Source of the DNA: Eledone cirrhosa
Lineage: Eukaryota
Length of the DNA stretch: 64,000 nt
Assembly (NCBI GenBank): GCA_964016885.1
Contig: OZ024750.1
Coordinates: forward strand, 31,806,001 to 31,870,000
Reading direction: 5' to 3'
A model generated the notes under the pieces. It was not told the DNA's origin and did not search any database. It worked only from the letters and a program-made list of their open reading frames with translations. Within the stretch, counting starts at the first letter, position 1. Each line of letters starts with the position of its first letter. Made by a program: the position numbers and the translations under genes. Positions 29,514 to 42,598 of the stretch are shown one piece after another.

Positions 29514-31167
29514 TATATATTATATATATATATATGCATATATATTATATATACATATATTATATATATATATATACACACATTTATATTATATATACAT
29601 ACATAATATACATTTATATTTTATATACATACCTATAAATATATATATACATTTATATTATATATACATACACGTATGTGTGCGCACACGAATGTGGATG
29701 TATAATTGTGTGCAACTATGTCTTTGTTCGATCTTCAATGTAGATATGTGGAGATATTTCATTTCCAAGGAAATCAACGAAAAAATTAGCTGTAAAAGGA
29801 AAAACAACTAATACGAAATACGAAATATTTGAATATCATAGCTGAACCAGTCTATTTTTTTTTAGATAAACTAAGGACTATATAATATATGTCTCTATTC
29901 GGATCATATATGATGAACTTTATATTTCTGTTCTACGTTCTCCTCTGGCCGCCTCTCTACGGTTTTTAAAAGTTGTTTTTATCAATTCGCTATTTCATTC
30001 GTTCATTCTGTGTTTTTCTTATTTATATATATTTATATATTCATAGCTCATTTCCTTTTATTTTTTCCTTCTTTTATCTATTCATTTCGTTTCATTATTA
30101 TTTTTTTTTTCCATCTGCCCTACTTCAAACACTTATTTTCATGTTTGTGTAATTCTATATATTATTTATTTTTCCGTTCCCACTTTGTCTCACTGTTTTC
30201 GCTTCAATTACGTCGTCCTATCACTTTTTCTGGTGTATATTTTTCTTCCTTTGAGCTTTCTTCTTTACTCTCTCTCTCTCTCTGTGTTTTACCATTTTCT
30301 ACTCCCATTCTATAACTATTTTGTTTTATTCTATTCTATTTTAGTTTATTATTTCTTCCTTTAATCTGTCTCTACCCGTTATATTGTGTTCGCAAGCTTC
30401 ACATTTTTACGCCATTGTCCCATGGAAACTGAGGAATTTGTAATATATTTTTTGAAATACTACTTTAGTAGAACGACGTGTACACGTGTTTGCTACAATA
30501 TTGGGGCATGAAACAAAGTATTTAGGAAAACGTTTGTCATGCTAGAAAAAACAGCTAGGTCGCCCTCAAATCATACACTGATATTTTAAATACAGTTGAG
30601 TTGGATGCAATTTGTTATATAAGCCAATGTGTGAGCATCGCGAATTAGAATGGCTCTTCCAGCTCATCTCCCTCACCATCTTCCGTAGAAACGTCTTCTC
30701 TATTCTTTCGCCGGGACCGCGGGGCGGCCAATGCCTGGACCAACATTTGCTAATAATAGTGAAAGATGAGGAGAGTGGGTGAGACGGAGGCGGTGACAGT
30801 GGGAAATTTGTTCGTTTGTGTTCGGACCTAGTGTATATGTATATATTTATTTATCCCACAACTCGTATTTTATGATAGTAACTGAATATATATGATGTTT
30901 TTGTTGGTGTTATATTATAAATTCTTTATTTTAAAATTATGGTTAATTATTTTGGAGGTCTACCAATAAAAGTATAATAAGCAACAAAAGATAAAGTGGT
31001 TTGTTGGCCAGAGTAAAAAGGTTTTTGACATTTAGTCTTCTCGATGAGGGTGGTGAAAACCTCGAACATCAGAAAGGACTTAGATGTTTTGGGATTCGTA
31101 ATAGGATTTCTCTGACATGTTTACAATTTTCTACATTGAATATATGTGGCCTTGTGACCTCCTCCTC

Positions 31168-31279
31168 CTACGACGACGACAACGACGACGACGACTACTA
31201 CTACTGTTGCTGCTGCTTTTGCTTATGCTGCTACTACTGCTACTAATAGTCCTGCTGCTACTGCTCCTGCTACTGATGA

Positions 31280-31340
<61 letters not shown>
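31168..31340. repeat. compound trinucleotide microsatellite (GAC/CTA/CTG)n
   Basis: Direct reading. Confidence 0.95.
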
Positions 31341-31341
<1 letters not shown>

Positions 31342-31368
31342 AATCATCTGAGAAACAATGCTGAAGAC

Positions 31369-31692
31369 TGGTGGTAAATTGGCAGGGTTGGTGGATTGGC
31401 AGGTTTGGTAGATTGGTAAGGTTGATGGATTGGCAATGTTGGTGAATTGGCAGGATTGGTGTATTAGCAAGGTTGGTGGATTAGCAAGGTTGGTGGATTG
31501 GCAAGGTTGGTGGATTGGCAAGGGTAGTGAATTTTCAAGGGTGTAAATTGGCAAGGTTGGTGAATGTGCAAGGGTATGTGAATTGGCAGGCTTGGTGGAA
31601 TGACAAGGTTGGTGAATTGGTAGGGTTGGTGTATTGGCAAGGATGCGAATTGGCAGGGTTGGTGGATTGGCAAGGCTGGTGGATTGGCAATT
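31369..31692. repeat. 17-bp minisatellite (GGTTGGTGGATTGGCAA), about 19 degenerate copies
   Basis: Direct reading. Confidence 0.9.
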
Positions 31693-31904
31693 GGATATAA
31701 CCTTCAATATTCATCTCCGATAATTCAATGATTTTATGTTTATGAGAGAAATCTTCAGTTTTATAAATGTTCTCAGCTGCTGGGCACCGAAATATGTATC
31801 TTGTAGCGATGTCTTCGGCTTCGCCATTGAATGCATGTACGACGGTTGTTGATTGTTTGTCTTTCAAGCAACCTCTTCATGTCCATTACAATCAATTGAT
31901 AATG

Positions 31905-32833
31905 GTTTCTGATTTAGATACAAGCCCAACAATTTTGGGGGAGGAGAATGTCGATTAAATGTAACTAGTGCGATAATGATACTTTCTTTTTGAAAGATAA
32001 AGTTAACCTCGGAGGAATTTCAACTCAAAACGTATCGATCGGGATCAAATACAGCCAATCATTTGTAAGATGCTTTGGAGAATCGGCAAAGAAAACAATT
32101 GTTTCTGAGTTAGGCACAAAGCTGAAACACTATGTCGCAAAATATGTTGTCCGACTTTCTACCGATGCTGCCAATCCACCGCCCTACAATAGATAAATAA
32201 TTGTTTCTACGTTAGGCACAAGGCCAGCAATTACCCAGTGCATTACTGGTACTTTATTTTATCGACCCCCCGTAAGAATGAAAGGCAAAGTTAACCTCGG
32301 CGGGATTATAATAATGATGATAGAAAGTATTCTTGACTCATCAAAAGAATGTGTTTGATCCCCAATATATATATATGTATATATGTTACAATTGTTTGTA
32401 CTTTAGGCACAAGGCCAGCAAATTACCCAGTGCATTACTGGTACTTTATTTTATCGACCCCGTAAGGATGAAAGGCAAAGTCAACCTCGGCGGGATTTGA
32501 ACTCAGATTGTAAGTAAAGGGTCGTAACTATGCTGGAAAACATGGCGTCCGTCCCTCTACCGATACTGCCAATCCACCGCCCTTTGAGTTAAATATACCT
32601 AGGAGGATGTTTTGAATTCCTACTATTTACCATTTTTCTGGACAACTCTTTTATTTCACGAGTAATATAATTCTTTCTACTTTTGGCACAAGGCCATCAA
32701 TTAACCAGTACATTACTGGTACTTTATTTTATCGACCCCGTCTCTGGTTTCTCTTCACTATCTTACGGGATCGATAAAATAAAGTACCAGTAATGTACTG
32801 GGTAATTGCTGGCCTTGTGCCGAAAATAGAAAA
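31905..32833. mobile_element. cluster of family 1 SINE copies and fragments, including a near full-length copy at 32390-32582(-) and an inverted pair of 3' halves (32670-32740 / 32762-32833)
   Basis: Same core and tail as the copies at 1103-2170. Confidence 0.85.
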
Positions 32834-33744
32834 AAATATCTTCATATGGGATGTCTCCTTATTCAGAGAGGATTTCGTAGTTGATTAACTAGTTTCCGGT
32901 CGAAGGCACGTAACGTACTAATAAAACCTTGTTTACTGTACGATTCTGTTGCAATAATTATATAAATACGTTTGTCTTATTTAATCAATGGCATCGATTT
33001 AACCCCCGATGTGTTTATAGTTATTTTACTTTACGTTATACTAACAGCTTTCCAGCGTATTTGTTTTACACTCTTCACTTTTCTTCACATCATTAATGCA
33101 CTGGTAGAAATAACCTGTTTGACCTATGTCAATTTCAAGCGAAGGGGCTGGTTGGGGCGTGCATGGATCTATGTGTAACTAGCAGATATCAAACATACGC
33201 ACTATCGTATTTATTCTTCTTGGTTTATGTGTACGCATATAATGAGAATGGTGTGCTTCCACGTGTATATATGTATACATATGCCTATAGCAATATGTGT
33301 AATTGCATTAACACCCCCCCCCACACACACACACATCTATCTATATATATATATACGTATTCACACATTTTGGTGCAGGCATATGTACATTTACTTTTGT
33401 GTGCTTTCAAACCATTCTCATTATATGCGCATATGTACGTATCTATCTATGTGTGAGTGTGTGTGCGTACGTATATATCTATATATCTATATACCTTCGT
33501 ATGATATGGATGGTTTTGTTTGTGGATATATATATATATATTTTTTTTCCTGAGTTCAGTTTTTTTTCGTCGCTATGGTCACTGCGGCCCGTCTATCGGT
33601 CACTGTATTCGATTTGCAAAGCTGTCTAAACGTAATGTTATAACTCTAGGGTAATATACCCTATTGAGTGCTTAGCTGTACACCGAGATTGCATTCGTTA
33701 GCTTGGTTGCAACCAGAGCTTCGTTGATGCCGTACTAAATTTTG

Positions 33745-33847
<103 letters not shown>

Positions 33848-33872
33848 TGTAATAAACAACATAAGGCAATTA

Positions 33873-33932
33873 TTCCATTTACCAGTGGTTTCTTAAAAGC
33901 AAAAGATTTTGCTTTCAATCCTCAGAATGAAA
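33873..33932 (-). ncRNA. hammerhead ribozyme (left arm of an inverted pair)
   Basis: Reverse complement of the + copy at 33962-34021. Confidence 0.8.
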
Positions 33933-33961
33933 AAATCGTGGTCTGTTTTTTTTTCATTTTT

Positions 33962-34021
33962 TTTCATTCTGAGGATTGAAAGCAAAATCTTTTGCTTTTA
34001 AGAAACCACTGGTAAATGGAA
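33962..34021 (+). ncRNA. hammerhead ribozyme (right arm of an inverted pair)
   Basis: UUUCAUU-CUGAGGA-UUGAAAGCAAAA(UC)UUUUGCUUUUAA-GAAA-CC(ACU)GG-UA/AAUGGAA. Confidence 0.8.
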
Positions 34022-34114
34022 TAATTGCCTTATGTTGTTTATTACATAACTATTAAGCTATGTTACCTACAAAGAGCACTCTTTTTTCCTGGACTTTTCC
34101 GACGGAATTACTTC

Positions 34115-34161
<47 letters not shown>

Positions 34162-36623
34162 TAAGATGGTAGAGACCTTAGTTTATTTTCTTATTTCAAT
34201 CTAAACTTCAACAATCACGTACATACTCTGTAATACAAATATTGCCTTATATTACATAAGTTCTTTTTCTTCCAACAAGTAAAAGGTAATTTGTTACTTC
34301 TGGACTGTCCGGATATTAGCGTTACTTATTTTACAAATACCAATCAGGATTGTAAAAGGAAGGAAAGGAAAAAAATAGAATTAGAAGTAATATATAAGGA
34401 TGTGGAATTAGAATATACAAAATGTTATATTTGATTGAAGCTCACCATGTATGTCAGTTTAAGGAGTGCCTAGTGATAGAAATATCCTTTACATGACAAC
34501 ATTTAGCACCATATATATTACGTGTCGGAAAGAGTGAGCTAATGCCAAAATGGAGACAATAATGGTGGGAAACTATTATAGAAAGCAGAAAAATCTATCA
34601 ATAGTCATTATTGAATTATATTTTAAGATTTACAAATGAAGTCGAATGCAAGCGATGTGTGTCAGTGTTCCCGCATAAAAATATACACTTAATTCTGTAG
34701 TTCTTAATACAACATATGGGACATGTCTATGAGAAATAGTATAATTCAATGTTTATATAGAAACTATCGAAATTCAATTATCGAATTATCTCTTCATCTA
34801 TTATGGATAATATTAGAGTGGTGGGTTTCCTGAGTCAGGAGTAGGTAGAGCATCGGATAAAATAATAATAGTATTTGATCCGTCTCTTTACGTTCTGAGT
34901 TCAAATGTCGCCGTGGTCAGCTTTGCCATTCATCCTTACGAGGTTGATAAAATAAAGTACCAGCAATGCACTGGGGTCGATTTAATCTACATTCTCTTCC
35001 TCCAAAATGGTTGGCCTTATGCTAGAATAAAAAATGGTTATTATGAATGATCTTTTCTTTAGTAGCAGATCTGCCCTGAGCAATCAGAGATATGATGGAT
35101 GGCCTTCACGCCGTGCCTACGTAGTCCATTCTTCCAGATAATGCTAACACATTTTTCATTTTCTTAAGACAAAATTATGTAATGGAGATGTTTGACTGCT
35201 ATTTCTAGCACGTTCAATGATGGAGTACAGCAGTTCTAGTTTCCATCCTTTCAACATTAGTATGCATGGTTGGTTGTATATTGCCGTATTAAGTTTTGCC
35301 ATAGTATTCGACATTATTTTAAACGTAATGAAATAATATATTACAAATTAATTAGTGATCAGCAGTATTGATTACCTGTCCACCGCAAGCCGACGAGATA
35401 GTTCCTGCGTTTGACAGACATGTTATAAATATTTTCTAAAACACTCTTAAATACACAACCATCATAAAAGAATAAGGACACTAAAGTTTTTCTAGATACA
35501 TTGTCCGAAAATGTGACGAGATGGTCAAATAAACATACATTTTTTAAACATACGTTTGTTTGAAGGCTAGAGTGGCAATACAGTAAGATAAAATACTATT
35601 CAGAAGCTGATTAATTCATATATGGGTACATATATATCATAGTTAGTGATTTGTAGGTATATTGGAAATCAAAAGACTTGGGAAGAGATAGGAGCATCAA
35701 ATATTTACATCCACCCAAAACATCAGGGCTGTTTGTCCTCGTTGACTTTTCGCATGAAAACATACTTACATATATATACGATGGCTGCATCTCTAATTCA
35801 AGACTGGTCATCACTGGATCTTTTCCTCATACGTGGGTGGAATGGACAGGAATTTTAGCCCAGCTTTACCAAAATTTAATTAACTTTCTATATATGCTTC
35901 AGTGAAAGAAAGAATAAAAGAAAACGCCTTTATCAGTTAGGGCTATCCATGCTTGTGAAACTCGTTTATATCAAAGGATTCTTGTGCTTGAAGATTCTTT
36001 TAGTGAAGAAAGGCCTTGCACTTGACGACTCCCAATCTCTGAGCAACAGTGACAGGTATCTAGAAATAAGAACAGGTCAACAACATTGGCTGCTAACGAG
36101 TCAACGTTCCATTTCATCCTTCCGGGGTCGATAAAATAAAAATACTGGAAGAATATAAAGGTTGATTCAATCAACTTTGCCATTGCCTCTAATTTGCTGG
36201 CCTTGAGCCTAAACCAGAAATCAACATGTTCATCAAATTATATATCATGTCTTACGTCTATATTCGTCCTTGAACTATAGAGTGAATTAGTTCTCGTTTG
36301 GCTCGCCATTTACTTTGATCAATATTATTGCTTTTATTGATAATAAATATTTACTACATATCTAAACTTATAGGCATAATTACTACACATTGCTTTGTTA
36401 ACAATTCAATAGAAACCAATATTAATTTTTATTATATTTCTCTCAAAAATTTCAGTATTTGCTTTTCCTAGTATCTGCAATGTTATAAAAATTACAAAGA
36501 ACAAAAATTTGCAAAAATTTGCATTTGAAGTCGTATTGCTGGTATCTGGAAATGTAATAATAACTATGGTGTTATAATACACACACACATACACACACAG
36601 ACACAGACAGAGACACAGACATA

Positions 36624-36660
<37 letters not shown>

Positions 36661-36673
36661 ATATATATATATA

Positions 36674-37548
36674 TATTGTTATACTTTGGGAGGGTCATGT
36701 TGCCAATAAGAAACACATGCACCAGTTGCTTTCACTTCAATTTATTATAATAAATTTATAATAAATTTATAAATTTCTGGTTGGTTGGTTGGTTCCACAA
36801 CCAGATAGTTGTTTATATATAGTCATAGTTCTTTCGTCACACACTCTGTGACCTCTTCAGTGACTGGGGATTCCTTTCTTTGTTTCTGTGCCTCTCCTTT
36901 GTTCTGTCCTACGCCATTTTGTTTCTGTGTGTGTGTTGTGTGCTCAGTCTGCGCATGCGCCACATCCGGGTGTCTGTGTGTGTTTATGTTCATTTATTTG
37001 TTTGTTTACTTACATGTTACTGGTTGGTTGTTTGTTCTATGTGTGTGTGTGTGTTTTCATTTTGTCCTTAATTGTAAGTTGTGATGTTGCTGTTCCACTC
37101 ATATTTTCTATTTAATTTTGGTTGTAATTCTTTTATGTTTATTGCCTCTGTAATTTGTCTAAACATTGCGTCTTTTCTGTGTGTAGATTCTATTTTTATT
37201 TCTATGTTCTCTAATTTACCCTTGTGTTCTATTTTAGCATGTTGGTAGAGTACAGATGATTCTTTACTATCTTGAAGGTCTCGCCAGTGTTCATTTATCC
37301 GTTCCCCTACACTACGAGCTGTCTCACCTATGTACATTATATTTTTGTCTCTACATTGTCCTTTGGTACATCTTATGCTATACACTACATTTCTAGTTTT
37401 ACAGTTAATATGGGGGCTTATTTTACAGGTTATACATTTCTTATCTATACATGAGGGTCTTTGAAAAGGGTATGTCTTGCTAATAAGTGTTTTTACGGAG
37501 CGTGTGTTTCTTATTGCACAACATGACCCTCCCAAAGTATAACAATAT
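36674..37548 (-). mobile_element. 5'-truncated Penelope-like element: GIY-YIG endonuclease C-terminus, pseudo-LTR, and an inverted copy of the 3' tip at its 5' side
   Basis: ORF 37068-~37495: CIDKKCITC..NVVYSIRC..MYIGET.R..ERINEH..EAINI..LNRKYEWN; 36674-36722 is an inverted repeat of 37497-37548; (TA)n on both sides. Confidence 0.88.
36821..36865 (-). ncRNA. minimal hammerhead ribozyme in the PLE pseudo-LTR
   Basis: AGUCA-CUGAAGA-G-GUCACA(GAGUG)UGUGAC-GAAA-GAAC-UA/UGACU. Confidence 0.8.
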
Positions 37549-37602
37549 CGGTTTCAACACACGATTTCAGATAAAGAATCTTGCTAAACAAATTCAGAAA
37601 CG

Positions 37603-37641
<39 letters not shown>

Positions 37642-37642
<1 letters not shown>

Positions 37643-37922
37643 GAGGCACGTGGCCTAGTGGTAAGGGTGTTGGAATTACGATCATAATGTCGTGGGCTCG
37701 ATTCCTGGATGGCGTGTTGTGTTCTTGAACAAAACACTTCATTTCACGTTGCTCCAGTATACTCAGCTGAAAATGAGTACCAGCAATAGCTGGAGGTTTA
37801 ATCCTGCGATGGACTGGCGCCCTGTCCAGGGGGAAATCTTGTACTCTCAGTCGCTTCACGCCATGAAACCGGGATAAGCACCGGCCAAATGAGCCTTCTG
37901 TCTTAAGACAGACTTTAGACTT
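37642..37922 (+). mobile_element. tRNA-derived SINE (family 2); related copies at ~44595-44822(-), 47107-47200 and 49213-49405
   Basis: A box TGGCCTAGTGG, B-box-like GGCTCGATTCC, central CCTGCGATGGACTGGCGCCCTGTCCAGGGG and CAGTCGCTTCACGCCA shared among copies. Confidence 0.85.
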
Positions 37923-38093
37923 ATATATATATATATATATATATATATAGGAGGAAAAGAAATTGGAAATGCAACTGGAGTCTTTTATGAATATTTATTT
38001 ACTTCACCGGTTTCACAGTTCTTATGATTATGGTAACTAAGATTGAGATGGAGCTTTTGTGTGTCTATTGTGGTGTGCCTTGCATCTAACTTG

Positions 38094-38124
<31 letters not shown>

Positions 38125-38137
38125 CATATATACATAC

Positions 38138-38548
38138 TAATATTGTTGTTTGGGACCACACATTGAAAACGTGTTTTGTTGCGGATATCAGCTGCCCACT
38201 TGATGTAAACGTTGTCACAAAAATACAGGAGGAGGACATCTACGGACCATTGTTGAGGAGTTTACAAATCCAGTATCCAAGATACACCTTTAGCTCCATA
38301 CCCATCATTATTGGAGCTACGGGTTATATACCAACCCGCTTGGACCAATGTATAACTGATCTTGGATTTACGGACAAAGAGCGCAGCTCCCTAATTCATA
38401 GTCTGCAAATGGCTGCGATAGGTGGCACCTTCAAAATTTGCAAATCATTCTTGCGATTCAAAGGATGACAATTTCATTTCTTTTACAACCTTGCCACCAA
38501 GAAGGTGGCCGGTCAAATATATACTCGAAATTAAGAGAACGAGATAAA
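38138..38548 (+). mobile_element. second, shorter 3' fragment of the R4/Dong-like RLE retrotransposon
   Basis: Highly similar to 12966-13380 ([23 protein letters not shown]); (ATAC)n on both flanks. Confidence 0.88.
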
Positions 38549-38884
38549 CATACATACGTGTGGCTTATGTATTGACGAATGAATAACTATCCTAAAGAGA
38601 TTACGCAATAGTGATTGTCTAAACATGCGAACTGAATTTTTCATAACGTTGTCCACACGTCATCAAACACATATTGCATAACTAAAAGGCTCCGGACTGA
38701 TTCTTAGTAATTTTATTTTAAATTTTTTAAAATTTTATTTTCAACCTAAGCACTTTCCGGACTTTCGCAGTTATCTCCCTTACACCGCTCGCACGCAGTC
38801 TAGTATTGCCTGCGTGAAATGACTGAGTTTCTGCGCATGCGCGTTCGTACGGTTGTCCTTCCTGTTCCTATAACTATACACATC

Positions 38885-38924
38885 TCGAGCTGAAGATCCG
38901 CGAAGGTGAAACAATCGTTCTCGG
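38885..38924 (+). ncRNA. minimal hammerhead ribozyme in a solo pseudo-LTR-like segment ending at (TA)n
   Basis: UCGAG-CUGAAGA-UCC(GCGAA)GGU-GAAA-C(AAUC)G-UU/CUCGG. Confidence 0.7.
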
Positions 38925-41393
38925 TATGGGGAACTAACTGTTGTGTAACCATTTCTATATATATATATATGTATATATATTCGATTTATTTTGAAACAGT
39001 CGATTAAATCAACGCCAATGCATATCTGTTTCTTGATTCGAAATATATGAGAAGCATATTATTTTTAAACATGATATTGCGATATTAAACATTGCTCTAT
39101 CTACTAAAATACCTCTGCCACCTGATCACATTTGTACCCGACCGCTCATGTATGGGGGAGTTTATAGTCGATAAAATGTACTTAAAGATTACAAGGGGGA
39201 AAATGCAATTTATATTATCTAGGAATAAACGACTAAGACAACATCGTTCGTATATAAACTCCATCGGAATAAACATCTAATTTGTACATGGAATCTTGTA
39301 TCATCAGCCTCATATATTACCCACTCCAATATATATATATATATGTATATGTGTGTATGTATGTGTGTGTGTGTGTGTGTTTGTATGTCTGTTGTGTATA
39401 TATATATATATATATATATAAACGTATATATATATATGTAAATATCAATGTATTATTCCTGCTATATGAATATGTCCACGTATGTAAACGAGCCAGATGT
39501 AGTGTTTGTGTCTGTTTCTGTTTATGGACGTATTCATTTGTTTGTATTTGTGTTGTGTATATAAGTGTCTGTTTCTGCGTCTATACATCTGTGTAACTAT
39601 TTGTGCGCGCGTGTGTGTGTGTCCATGGGTATGTTTCTGTGTCTATGTGTCTATTCGTGTGTTTGTTGTGTGTGCGAGTGTGTACATGTTTGTATGTGTA
39701 TGCATGTATGAGTGTTTCTGTATATATGTGTCTATTCTGTATTCAGTCTAAATGTTTTTCCCCAATAATCCATGAAACAGCGTCTGCCTATAATGGTTGC
39801 TAGCTCAGAATTATAAACTATAAAAACCAGCAATAAGTAGTTTAACCAAGTCATCCTTTCTCTGTACCATTTATATTCCGTTGTCGATCGTTTAGCGATA
39901 TAATATATAGCCATATTATTTGAGTAGCCATGAAATGAACGATGGTGCTCCATCGATTTCGACGGCGAGTGTTCCAGTTTTTCTATCAACAGAACTGCCG
40001 ATTTAGAAAATTAAATGTATGTGGCTGAGTATTCGACAGCCACGTGTACCCTTTATGCAATTTTCTGGAAGATTCGTCGTGAGATAATGTATGATAAGCC
40101 TGACACTTTGAATTCCATGTACAGTCTATTAGACGGACTTCTAAACAGTTTCCGCCTACCCAATTTCATTAACCAGCCATAGTAAATATGGCATCATTAT
40201 GCAATATAATTCTTAGGATAATTTCTCACATAACGATTTGTATGTAATTACTCGAGGTTTACGAGAAATATATTCATATAATGAATATTCCCGAATGGTT
40301 ACATGTATATAAAAATAGTTACAAGATTCTGAAATTGTGTCTATTACAATCATCGACGTTATTTATGTAAGGATTTATGAGGCATATCACATTTCTCACA
40401 AATTGTATTTGATTGTATAGAAAAACACAAACTTTGTGTTAGTTTTGTTATACATGATTTGCAAACATGGTTTTATTATTTTACATATATATATTTAACG
40501 TAAGTAAAATGTCCATCACAAACATACTTTGTACGAACGAAGAAAGTAGATAGAAATTAGGTGACTGGAAAACCTGTGGAAATTGAACAGTTAAAAAGAA
40601 ATGTTGACAAATCTAACATGATCTAAAGGAAAAAATGACTTCGAACCGACACACGTTTAATGTGTCTTCGGAGTCGCTGGAATTCATAGAAATATTAACT
40701 GAAACCAGACTCAATCAAAAACTAAAGTCTTAGTACAGGGAAACGATATATGAGGTGGTTTCGTCCCAGCTATACTGTGTCTGAAAGTAAGATAGGCTCG
40801 TTTCAGCTTGAATGGTTTTGACTATATGTCTGCGCGATTAGATCTGCCCTATGACAAAATAAGAAAAAAGACAACAACAAAAACTACAGTTTGGTTTACG
40901 TAATGACATTTCTGAGGCATAAAACTGTCTAACCAACTGAATGTTAGGCTGTACATTTCTTATTTTGATTAAGTTAATACAAGCGATTAGAAATTTACTA
41001 TTGTGTATCTCATGAATACACACATACCGATTTTCTGTTATTTGTGACTGCTGTATTAATACGTAAAGTACTATTAAATATCAACTGCGTAGCGTAATCT
41101 GTAATCAGAAAGACGGTTTGTGATGAATTGAAAAGAGTACGTCCTGGTCGGACAGGTCAGTTTGTAGCTTATTGCGCATAGTCTACACAGATATAACATT
41201 TTGTGCTTAGTACTGCAGTTGTTAATTAAATATTTATAAATCCTTACATTTAAAATTCTTATTACAGTGATATTTACCAACATTACGGCATCTATTAACA
41301 AATACAGGTTAGCTGAGCCACTAGAGCGACAAGTCTTAAATCAATGGCAGTGAGACTGATGAGATGACATTAATTAATGATTAATGACAAACG

Positions 41394-41583
41394 GGCGGTG
41401 GATTGGCAGTATCGGTAGAGAGTCGGACACCATGCTTTGAAGCATAGAGTTACGTCCCTTTATGATCTGAGTTCAAATCCCGCCGAGGTTAACTTTGCCT
41501 TTCATCCTTACGGGGTCGATAAAATAAAGTACCAGTAATGTACTGGGTAACTGCTGGCCTTGTGCCTGAAATAGAAACAATTA
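41394..41583 (+). mobile_element. full-length family 1 SINE
   Basis: A/B boxes, core and tail present; ATTAATTAATGATTAAT-like sequence on both sides is a possible target duplication. Confidence 0.92.
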
Positions 41584-42240
41584 ATTAATGATTAATTGTT
41601 TGCACCTGCGCTAATAAACCTAACTAACAATTGTATTTTTTAAATATTTCAAGGTTGTAGAAGACGATGTAAAACTCATTAACGAGTATAACGCTTATCC
41701 ATTACGATTTTCAAACCATTAATAATGGTTAGATAACATTAGTAAATAATTTCCAATCCTATACAATCCAACCCAAAGCATTCTTATTCCTGTTTGGTAT
41801 TCGTCAGGTCAGGCATATAGTTCTACCCACCATGCTTATGTATTTAACCCATGGTTGGGGTGGATGGCCATTGAATCTGAAAAGTTCTATTCGGTCTTTT
41901 AAGAGCTTTGGTTTTGTTTTGTTTTGTTTATAACAGGGTCTGGTGGGGGAGCCAGTTTAGTTGTCGACCACTTGACTACGAAGCAGGTTGTACTGGGTTG
42001 CCTGCTACTAGTAGCAGGCAGAGCTCTGGCCTAACCAAGTAAAACATTTAAATACAATTGAAATACATCTATAACACTAAATGTTGTTTATATCTATCAT
42101 ATACCGTAAGCAAAGTCAGTTGAACAACAGATGGGATGGCATACGGAACTAAATGTCTTATAGTATTTAGCCAAATCGCCCAAGGTACAATGATTATCTT
42201 GGGTTTTTCCCAAATGACGTCATGTGTATTAGATGCCATA

Positions 42241-42598
42241 CAATTGATTCACTCTACACCCCATTGATTTAATCTACACTCCATTGATTTAATCTACACT
42301 CAATTGATTCTCTCTACACTCCATTGATTCTCTCTACACTCCATTGATTCTCTCTACACTCCATTGATTCTCTCTACACTCCATTGATTAAATCTTCACT
42401 CCCTTGAATAACTCTTCACTCCATTGATTAACTCTACACTCAATTGATTCACTCTACACTCAATTGATTAACTCTACACTCAATTGATTCACTCTACACT
42501 CAATTGATTCACTCTACCCTCAATTGATCAACTCTACTCTCAATTGATTAACTCTACCCTCAATTCATTAACTATACACTCAACTAATTCACTCTACA
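42241..42598. repeat. 20-bp minisatellite (CCATTGATTCTCTCTACACT), about 18 copies
   Basis: Direct reading. Confidence 0.92.

Noticed and set aside
40735-41160. Possible short plus-strand exons with GTAAGA / GTCAGT donors
   Set aside because: Weak acceptors and no recognisable protein; cannot be told from chance.
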